A stretch of DNA of 27,417 nucleotides from a virus. Below, in pieces: positions 14,794 through 21,257 of the stretch. The notes beneath the pieces are model-generated. The model was not told the origin of the DNA, did not search any database, and saw only the letters and a program-made list of their open reading frames with translations. The stretch's first letter is position 1. Each line of letters opens with the position of its first letter. Location: positions 1 to 27,417 of IMG/VR virus record IMGVR_UViG_3300030617_000044, one strand, 5' to 3'. Position numbers and translations under genes: made by a program.

Positions 14794-15066
14794 TTATTCT
14801 TTTACTGGTTCGTATGTTATTTCGAAAACATCAATCGGACAGGCATATATCTCACCTTTTACGCCTATAATCAGTACATCATTTGGGGTAAAAAGGAAAT
14901 TCGTTCCCTGGTTAGGTATGATATAACAAGCATCATTTTCATGAGTAACAGGATAGCCTTTAAAATCAAAACTCCAATGTGGATGTGGTGAGTTTTCTTT
15001 GGCATATTGGACAAACTCGGCAAAAGTTATTACCTCAATAGCTATTGGTTTTTTTCTGTATAGCAT
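14794..15066 (-). CDS. Hypothetical protein (90 aa)
   Basis: ORF on the operon strand, tightly packed. No motif was recognised. Confidence 0.4.
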   Translation of the reverse strand: MLYRKKPIAIEVITFAEFVQYAKENSPHPHWSFDFKGYPVTHENDACYIIPNQGTNFLFTPNDVLIIGVKGEIYACPIDVFEITYEPVKE

Positions 15067-15071
15067 GATAT

Positions 15072-15851
15072 TTATGGGTTAATTTTTACAAGATCATAAG
15101 CCGCGCCTACCGACTGTTTAAGGTTGTTTTCATAATACCAGGTATCGGTTACATGCCAGCGGCCCAGGCGTAGGTTAGCTTCCAGCGCCGGGGTTATGGT
15201 TTTGGTATCTAAAAAATAATTAGCCTTTGCATAGGCCGAAAAACCAATAAAAGCAGGCTGGGCGATCACGCTGTTTTGGTCGATTTCGTCAATGGTAGCG
15301 CGGGGATCATCGGTACTGAAATCCAGTACTGCCGGTTTGGTGCTGAAAGGCAGTAAACTAGCCGGTGTAAACTTTACCGCCGTAACCCGCACCTGGTAAC
15401 TCACCTGTGCCGTATTGGTGACCGTGTAATAAGTGAGCTGCAAATGAGCATCGGTATAACTATAAACATTATTACCGGCCGGGGTGAGCTGTATACTGGC
15501 AGCTAGCTTCAGGTTTACGCGGGTAAGCTCGGCTATTTGCTCATCCTTAATTTTTAGTTTAATGGCGTTGCTATCCAGTAGGGTATGGTTGGTTACGCTG
15601 GTATCTTTCAGGCTCTTTTGGCTTACCTGGTTAGCGTTAGCCTGTGTTTGTACGTGGGTATCGCCGGCAGTATCCTTAAATGTTTTGATTTGAGTGGCCT
15701 GCGGATGCTGTAAGGCTGTTTTCGCTACGGTTACAGCCTTTTTATTAGCTGATTGATTGGATTGATGCCAATAACTGAATATAGCAAAGGCAAGAACTAA
15801 TATCGAAGCGATATCAATTATTCTTAAAGTCCATTTTCTAAAGTTTTCCAT
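15072..15851 (-). CDS. N-terminally membrane-anchored beta-rich structural protein
   Basis: 259 aa, with TM segment WTLRIIDIASILVLAFAIFSYW. Confidence 0.45.
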   Translation of the reverse strand: MENFRKWTLRIIDIASILVLAFAIFSYWHQSNQSANKKAVTVAKTALQHPQATQIKTFKDTAGDTHVQTQANANQVSQKSLKDTSVTNHTLLDSNAIKLKIKDEQIAELTRVNLKLAASIQLTPAGNNVYSYTDAHLQLTYYTVTNTAQVSYQVRVTAVKFTPASLLPFSTKPAVLDFSTDDPRATIDEIDQNSVIAQPAFIGFSAYAKANYFLDTKTITPALEANLRLGRWHVTDTWYYENNLKQSVGAAYDLVKINP

Positions 15852-15852
15852 C

Positions 15853-16236
15853 TTAAATAAGTTTTGACATTTGAACAGAGAGCATGTATAGCAGGTATTT
15901 AACCAGTTTGTCTTTTGAAATTAATTCAGCCTCGTAATCAGTTGAAAACTGGAAACTGCAACGGCGCAAATACATATCGTTTTTTACATATTCAATCCAA
16001 TACATCGCCTGCCCAGCTTCCGGCTTAATTGTCCACTGAAGTTCCTTCACCTCCTCGGCTTCATCTTCAAAAAATTCGGGGGATTCAATTCGCTTTGCAA
16101 CTATTAGCTTTTCTTCAACCTTCTCAAACGTGATCTCACCCGCTTTAAAATCTTCTACAAGGGCAGCGTAATACTGATCCTGTGTAAACTCCACCTTTTC
16201 GGTGCTTATGTCCTTGTTTTCTTTTACTATTTCCAT
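15853..16236 (-). CDS. Acidic hypothetical protein (127 aa)
   Basis: ORF on the operon strand, overlapping its upstream neighbour by 10 nt. Confidence 0.4.
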   Translation of the reverse strand: MEIVKENKDISTEKVEFTQDQYYAALVEDFKAGEITFEKVEEKLIVAKRIESPEFFEDEAEEVKELQWTIKPEAGQAMYWIEYVKNDMYLRRCSFQFSTDYEAELISKDKLVKYLLYMLSVQMSKLI

Positions 16237-16424
16237 GGTTCACCTAAATGATTAACTATTTTTTCTACCTGGGCGGGTGTGAATGCTTTGCCATGACACT
16301 TACCTAGATCGGGAACGCCCCCTAGCCAAATTCTAAATGTTTTATAGGTTACATCATAAAAGGTGATTAACTCTTTAAGTCTGTAAGCCTTTATAGTGAA
16401 TTTTGCTTCCTGCTCTGCACTCAT
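16227..16424 (-). CDS. DUF4248-like small HTH protein
   Basis: YRLKELITFYDVTYKTFRIWL...FTPAQVEKIVNHLGEP resembles the Bacteroidota DUF4248 pattern, which ends ...FTP.QV..IV..LGEP. Confidence 0.45.
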   Translation of the reverse strand: MSAEQEAKFTIKAYRLKELITFYDVTYKTFRIWLGGVPDLGKCHGKAFTPAQVEKIVNHLGEPWK

Positions 16425-16984
16425 ATCAGGGTTTCAATATCTTCGAAGTAATAAGGGTCTTTGCTGGCGTTAACACGTTTAAAAGCGGCCGATACCTTTT
16501 CGAAATTTGGGATGCGGCCGCGGTATTTATTTTCTAGCACATCCTGTGTTTTAAGCAGGCGTAAATAGCTTGCCATCTGCCAAAAAAACGGCGGTACCAT
16601 TACTAGGCTGTGAAAGGTGAATATCAGATCGCAATTGTACATGCGGTGATCCACCAAAAACGTTTTTATCTCCGGGCGCACATTGCCACTGATATACTTG
16701 GTACAATCCTCGAAAACAAGTAACCCACCCCTAAAATATTTAGCGATAGTTTTTAACGCTTCCTCATCAGGCGTGCCTAATAGTTTCACCTTGCCGCTTT
16801 TTAACGCTTTAACCTGGTCAAGCTCAATCGCCGGGTATTTATTATATGCCGGTGAGTTGTTTACATCTAAAATCAGCACTTTATCGCCTGCGTAAGCATC
16901 TACCGTGCCGGCAGTTTTAGTGCTTTTGCCTGTTCTTTTTCGGCCTACGGTGAGTATGGTATATTGTTCATCGCGTGTGCTCAT
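16421..16984 (-). CDS. Small P-loop NTPase; candidate genome-packaging/assembly ATPase (Zot/pI-like motif arrangement)
   Basis: Walker A is GRKRTGKST and Walker B is LLVFEDC, followed by HRMYNCDLIFTFHS (compare HRH.G.D of Zot-type ATPases). It is the only NTPase in the late region. Confidence 0.55.
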   Translation of the reverse strand: MSTRDEQYTILTVGRKRTGKSTKTAGTVDAYAGDKVLILDVNNSPAYNKYPAIELDQVKALKSGKVKLLGTPDEEALKTIAKYFRGGLLVFEDCTKYISGNVRPEIKTFLVDHRMYNCDLIFTFHSLVMVPPFFWQMASYLRLLKTQDVLENKYRGRIPNFEKVSAAFKRVNASKDPYYFEDIETLI

Positions 16985-17196
16985 TCTTTCAGGTCCCGGC
17001 TTTTTTGGAATACGATAAGAAAACCATTTAATTTATCTTTGAGGGATCGCTCCATATCATCTATCTTGTTTTCGATTAACGATTCAAGTTTATCGGTCTT
17101 TTTTTCGGCAACTACCCCTGTTAACAGCACACTCCATATAATAAATACATTTAAGGCGACTAGCACGCCTAATAAGATCACTATCGCTATTCCCAT
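16981..17196 (-). CDS. Single-pass membrane protein with a coiled-coil tail
   Basis: MGIAIVILLGVLVALNVFIIWSVLLTGVV… The track start at 17205 is TTG; the ATG is at 17196. Confidence 0.45.
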   Translation of the reverse strand: MGIAIVILLGVLVALNVFIIWSVLLTGVVAEKKTDKLESLIENKIDDMERSLKDKLNGFLIVFQKSRDLKE

Positions 17197-17197
17197 A

Positions 17198-17332
17198 TCA
17201 ATCAATTATTACAGTAGGTTTGGTTTCGGGTGCTAAATCTTCATATACCGGTTTTTTATGGCTGAAAATAACCATTGCTGCCACACTTGCAGCCAGTATA
17301 AACACGCTTATGTACAGGTACCGGTTACGCAT
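17198..17332 (-). CDS. 44-aa single-pass membrane protein (MRNRYLYISVFILAASVAAMVIFSHKK…)
   Basis: Hand-translated. ATG at 17332 lies 2 nt after the upstream stop, and TGA is at 17198-17200. Confidence 0.45.
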   Translation of the reverse strand: MRNRYLYISVFILAASVAAMVIFSHKKPVYEDLAPETKPTVIID

Positions 17333-17334
17333 GG

Positions 17335-17919
17335 TTAATCAGTTAGTATTAATTTGCCACGATTAAAGATCACTTCGCTGTATGCGGCTAGCAGACCCTG
17401 CATTGGTGTCATTTGTAAATCAACTGTTTTCGCATAACGCTCGGTAGCATTTATCAGGCGCTTGGTTTCACCGGTATTAAATGGCACCTTTTTAATTTTC
17501 TTTTCGTAATACAGCCACTTTTTGTAAAGCATAGCTTTGGTATCGGTGCCCGGATATTCGGTTGCGCCGCTTAAATCCATTGTTTGCAGGGTTTCACGCT
17601 CCTTTTCGGTAAAGGTTCGTTTCTCAATGAGCAGGGGTAAGAATGAGCTTTGCATGCCATCCAGTAAATTAACAATGGTTTCGGCCATATCCCGGTGAGG
17701 CATAAAACCCTCATCAATTACTTGTTCGGCGGTTTCAACTACGGGTTGTTGCTGCTGGCGGGTTTCTTCCTGTATGATTTCATCAAACAGTACATCGTTT
17801 ACATCGGTAATTTGCTCTTCCTCATTTAGTATAAAGCTCGGCCGCTCTGCTTGGTTAACCACCGGGCGGGACAGCATATCATCCAGGTTAAAAACCTGTG
17901 TTTTATTGCCCTTATCCAT
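17335..17919 (-). CDS. Hypothetical late protein (194 aa)
   Basis: The track gives 17335..17952 with a TTG start. The ATG at 17919 overlaps the upstream stop (ATGGATAA). Confidence 0.45.
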   Translation of the reverse strand: MDKGNKTQVFNLDDMLSRPVVNQAERPSFILNEEEQITDVNDVLFDEIIQEETRQQQQPVVETAEQVIDEGFMPHRDMAETIVNLLDGMQSSFLPLLIEKRTFTEKERETLQTMDLSGATEYPGTDTKAMLYKKWLYYEKKIKKVPFNTGETKRLINATERYAKTVDLQMTPMQGLLAAYSEVIFNRGKLILTD

Positions 17920-18505
17920 TGATTTCAGGATTTTTAGTGGTGTATTTATCAATTACGCGCACAATGCCCGATAGCTCGGCCATCTTGGTTTTATCTTTCA
18001 TCATTTTGGTGATGACCGGTATAACCGACATTACGCCTTTACCCTCAAATAAGCCCGCAAACACCTGGAAAACATTAACCATTTCGATGATATCAGCTTT
18101 GTACTCGGTATTTTGCGCTAAGAACTCGGCAAATTGATCCCGGTTAACTAGAACGTTTTTTTCGAGGTCTAACTCCAATAATTTAATAGTGTTTTGTACT
18201 AATTTATCGAACTCTTCCTTTCCTACTAATTGATTGTTTTCAAGGTCTAATTCTTCGTAAGCAGTTGCCTTCTCACGTAGTTCTTTTAAGATCGAATTAT
18301 CTATCGGGGTATTGTTATCAAATTCGATAAGCAACATCTTTTGATACCAGTTATTATTTACCGGTACATGGTTATCATCCTGCCAGGCCTCAGCCATTTG
18401 CTCATATTGTTTGTACTTTTCGAGGTCTGATTTTTTTATAACTACCTCGTCAACATCGACATAAACATCACCGCCGTTTAGTTCGCCTGCTTTTTTAGTT
18501 CCCAT
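17912..18505 (-). CDS. Acidic coiled-coil protein (scaffold-like)
   Basis: 197 aa, rich in E/K/L/N with heptad-like stretches. Confidence 0.4.
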   Translation of the reverse strand: MGTKKAGELNGGDVYVDVDEVVIKKSDLEKYKQYEQMAEAWQDDNHVPVNNNWYQKMLLIEFDNNTPIDNSILKELREKATAYEELDLENNQLVGKEEFDKLVQNTIKLLELDLEKNVLVNRDQFAEFLAQNTEYKADIIEMVNVFQVFAGLFEGKGVMSVIPVITKMMKDKTKMAELSGIVRVIDKYTTKNPEING

Positions 18506-18810
18506 TAGCGTTTTTTTTTTGTTTTAAAAGGTGAAAGGAAATCCCCGTTTGCGTGGTCGAGCATCTTGATAACAAGGCGCACAATGTCAAATTTTGATTC
18601 AGGTGTAGGTTTATATCTGTCGATCACTTCCTGAATGCGCTCGGCTTCGCTTACCGTTGATCTGCCGCCCCACTGTATGGATTTAGGATCAGGCGACTTT
18701 AAATGCTGATTACGGGGTTTAGAGGCAGGCACGGCGGGAAATACCGCCGTTTCCTGTGCCTGGGTTGCCTCGGTATCCGGGATGGATGGGTTTTGTTGTT
18801 CTGTACTCAT
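18505..18810 (-). CDS. Hypothetical late protein (101 aa)
   Basis: ORF on the operon strand with a 1-nt start/stop overlap at each end. Confidence 0.4.
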   Translation of the reverse strand: MSTEQQNPSIPDTEATQAQETAVFPAVPASKPRNQHLKSPDPKSIQWGGRSTVSEAERIQEVIDRYKPTPESKFDIVRLVIKMLDHANGDFLSPFKTKKKR

Positions 18811-19046
18811 TACCTGCCTTTGCGTTTAGCCCTTAGTTTAGCCTGTTTTCGGGATTTAAGGCGGTTTGTATGGCGCTTTTTAATCTGGATGTTAAGCGCA
18901 TGGCCTTGCACCCTTTCGGTATTAGGCGTACGTGCCCACTTTTGTACCGTGGATTTGGTTCTAGCATAGTTTTCAGCGGTTTTTTGCTGACTACGTTGCG
19001 GTGCAGGCCTGTGAATTGCCGGTGGCGGCGGGGGAGTAGAGAGCAT
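18810..19046 (-). CDS. Very basic small protein with an HTH-like segment (…NYARTKSTVQKWAR…KKRHTNRLKSRKQAKLRAKRKGR); DNA-binding
   Basis: 78 aa. It is the first gene of the late operon. Confidence 0.4.
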   Translation of the reverse strand: MLSTPPPPPAIHRPAPQRSQQKTAENYARTKSTVQKWARTPNTERVQGHALNIQIKKRHTNRLKSRKQAKLRAKRKGR

Positions 19047-19299
19047 GAGCTTATATCAATAGTTTAAATTAATTAGGCGAAATAAAATTTTGCTCAGCTG
19101 GTACCGCATAAATGTGCGTTTACAGCTGTTTTCAATAGTTAATCCAAAGATGATTAAATGAAAACAGGGTGTGAAGCAACCTACTACCGAAATATAATTC
19201 TGTAAATGCCTGCCGTGGCATAGTGCAGCAAAAGTGATAACGAGGTGAAACAACGTTTTTTTGCCATTTTATTGTTTTAAAATAAAATTTGCTTTCGGG

Positions 19300-19518
19300 G
19301 TGTTACACCCGTTACACTGTTACAAAGTGGTTTATGTGGCTAAAAATGAGTTTTTTACGTTGTAACACCAGTTGTAACACCTGTAACAGTTGTGTAACAG
19401 TTGTAACACCTTATTAGCTTGCTGTTACACTTAGTGTTACACGATTTTTTTTTGACTTAATTAGTAGTTAATCAATTATTTACGGTTTTAATTTTTGTTG
19501 TTGTAACAGTTGTATCAC
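19300..19518. repeat. Iteron array (core TGTAACA[C/G] / GTGTTACAC); putative origin of replication
   Basis: GTTACAC/A in plus orientation lies at 19302, 19311, 19319, 19424 and 19436. TGTAACAC/G lies at 19361, 19373, 19382, 19393, 19402 and 19502, with 9-12 bp spacing. Full 9-bp palindromes GTGTTACAC lie at 19300-19308 and 19434-19442. Confidence 0.7.
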
Positions 19519-19568
19519 TTTTTTTATTATAATAATAAATAAATAATATATTGTACAGAATATAATTT
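19443..19568. other. AT-rich tract adjacent to the iterons (candidate DNA-unwinding element)
   Basis: Runs such as TTTTTTTTTGACTTAATTAG and TTTTTTTATTATAATAATAAATAAATAATATATT. Confidence 0.5.
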
Positions 19569-19776
19569 GGCGAACGCTTAAAAATCGTTGGTTACCACCT
19601 CCCCTCATCACAAAATAGGGACATGAGCGGCTAAGCCGGTAGGTCAAACCGGTTCGTGCTCCGCCCGCCCGGTTTGTAAAGAATTAAAGGATTTCGCTAC
19701 GCGAAGGTGTGCCCAGGTCGCTGCCGCTCCCGTGGGCGAAAATGGGGCGAATCAATGCCCGTGCCACGTTTTTATT
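19569..19776 (+). ncRNA. GC-rich, ORF-free structured element; candidate ncRNA or host-derived att fragment. Strand is uncertain.
   Basis: No ORF of at least 60 aa in any frame. Several mutually exclusive helices are possible (see finding). It ends in CCACGTTTTTATTTATG on the plus strand. Confidence 0.3.
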
Positions 19777-19791
19777 TATGAGACAATAAAA

Positions 19792-19817
19792 AGGCCGCTT
19801 AATAATTTAAGCGGCCT
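19792..19817 (-). terminator. Rho-independent terminator ending the early operon
   Basis: AGGCCGCTTAA (19792-19802) pairs with TTAAGCGGCCT (19807-19817) across loop TAAT. On the minus strand it is followed by TTTTTATTG. Confidence 0.85.
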
Positions 19818-19861
19818 GTAGGTAGTGATATCGCATCTAAGTTTTTTGCGATGCTCGAGGT

Positions 19862-20221
19862 TTATTTAACGTACTTCCATTTTTGGTTCTCAACGGCATC
19901 TCTAAACCAATAGGGTGCTTTAAGCTTTATGGATAATGCCCTAAATTCAAGGCCGGGAAATAGTCCGCTGGCCCTATCCTCAGCATACATTTTTATATGC
20001 AGGTTAACGCCTCCTTTTATTTTTATAAGCGTTGCTAACAACGCCGGGTGTTTGGTTGGTATGCTTTTACCCTGGCTATCATATAGGAAAAAAGCTTGCT
20101 TGCCATCTATGCCATCAGCACTAAAAACAATATCAGGCGGTAATGATCCATCAAAATTAAAAAAGTGCCTCATTTTAAGGTACCAAGCAAAGTCCCGGTT
20201 AAAGTTTTTTGAATATTTCAT
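19862..20221 (-). CDS. Hypothetical protein, last early gene, flanked by the two-part repeat
   Basis: The ORF track gives 19862..20245. The ATG at 20221 (MKYSKNF…) is an alternative start. No family was recognised. Confidence 0.45.
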   Translation of the reverse strand: MKYSKNFNRDFAWYLKMRHFFNFDGSLPPDIVFSADGIDGKQAFFLYDSQGKSIPTKHPALLATLIKIKGGVNLHIKMYAEDRASGLFPGLEFRALSIKLKAPYWFRDAVENQKWKYVK

Positions 20222-20309
20222 ACTTTTAAGCTGCTCACATCGCATTTTTATTCATGGGTGGCCGACATCGCAAATTGCTGCGATAAATGCCGGCAAATTT
20301 GTTTCCTGA

Positions 20310-21038
20310 TCATATCGCACTATTTTGCGAGGCAAGATCTGAAAGTATGGCGTTGCGCAATACTGGTTCGAGCCGGTTAATTTTTTTGATGAGGTTTTTT
20401 CTTATCCGGGCGAATTGTTCACGCTCCCTAAACTCTTCACCTATAAAGCTGTAGTCGTGTAGTTGATCGTTAAGCTGATAGTTCATGTAAATTCGCTCCA
20501 AAGCCCTGCCATTATGTGTATTTGACCAAAAATCGTGTGTGTACCATCCTCTTAAATATTCATCATAAAGTGGGTCTGGGTAGTTGCTGATCATTATTTT
20601 TGTTTGATTTAACGATAAGCAGCTTTCTAAAAGTTCGATGTGCTTTTGTTCGCTCATCTCAAATCGATAAACTGGGCGCTGTGTTTTTCTAACAGCCGTA
20701 CGATAAGTAGGGTCGAGATATAAAAACACATCGGCTGTGTCATAATATTCCGCTATTATAGACCGAATTAAAGTGACTACATCAATATTATAAAACTCAA
20801 AACATTTGCGGGATCCTATCGCATATTTCCACGATGCTACCAGGTCGCTATCAAGGTCGTTCAATATCATTAATTCAGCCGGTTTGATGTACCTGGTTAA
20901 GCCACAATTGCCCAGGCACCCTGAAACATACGTAGTACAGGGCGGCACGTGGTTTATAAGCGTTTGGTAAGTACCAGCGCCGCTTTTGCCACCGAAATAA
21001 GTTGGGTAATCTTTTACTGTGATGGGCGGCTTATTCAT
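20310..21038 (-). CDS. D12-class (Dam-like) N6-adenine DNA methyltransferase, orphan
   Basis: YFGGKSG (compare Y/W-GGK), LINHVPPCTTYVSGCLGNCGL (AdoMet-binding region), MILNDLDSDLVASW (compare NDIN.DL) and LYLDPTY (DPPY-type catalytic motif). Confidence 0.7.
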   Translation of the reverse strand: MNKPPITVKDYPTYFGGKSGAGTYQTLINHVPPCTTYVSGCLGNCGLTRYIKPAELMILNDLDSDLVASWKYAIGSRKCFEFYNIDVVTLIRSIIAEYYDTADVFLYLDPTYRTAVRKTQRPVYRFEMSEQKHIELLESCLSLNQTKIMISNYPDPLYDEYLRGWYTHDFWSNTHNGRALERIYMNYQLNDQLHDYSFIGEEFREREQFARIRKNLIKKINRLEPVLRNAILSDLASQNSAI

Positions 21039-21255
21039 GTATTCTAAAATTAAATAACTCGTTTTTGTTATACTCTATATTTAATTCAGATTTTATAATA
21101 ATTTCAGTTTCCCAATAAGGGAATTTTTTACTTACCACTTGTTCTGTATGAACCCTTTTTATTTTGACCGTGTTTATTACGTCCGATATTTTGCTTTTAA
21201 ATGAAGCGTATTTATAATAAAACTCAATGGTAATGTCGCTATCAATATTATACAT
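21031..21255 (-). CDS. Hypothetical 74-aa protein in a conspicuously AT-rich gene
   Basis: ORF on the operon strand between the primase-helicase and the methyltransferase. Its composition differs from both neighbours. Confidence 0.4.
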   Translation of the reverse strand: MYNIDSDITIEFYYKYASFKSKISDVINTVKIKRVHTEQVVSKKFPYWETEIIIKSELNIEYNKNELFNFRIHE

Positions 21256-21257
21256 AA

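Noticed and set aside
18703-19067. Plus-strand ORFs 18703..18969 and 18870..19067
   Set aside because: They are antisense to two tightly coupled late genes, and their Arg/Cys/Leu-rich shadow composition is typical of reverse frames.
19056-19253. 65-aa minus-strand ORF upstream of the late operon
   Set aside because: It has an odd Cys/Phe/His-rich composition, is not packed or coupled with its neighbours, and sits where the late promoter and leader should be. It is kept as non-coding, though a real small gene cannot be excluded.
19300-19520. Possible CRISPR array, given the many short repeats
   Set aside because: The repeat units are only 7-9 bp, occur in both orientations and have 9-12 bp spacing. 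That is iteron architecture, not 25-40 bp CRISPR repeats with unique spacers. There are also no cas genes.
19640-19675. tRNA-like T-arm (GGTTCGTGCTCC), plus GGTTCGA strings at about 20364 and 21445
   Set aside because: No flanking complementary 5-bp T-stem, acceptor stem or anticodon arm could be built. Two of the three strings lie inside well-supported coding regions.
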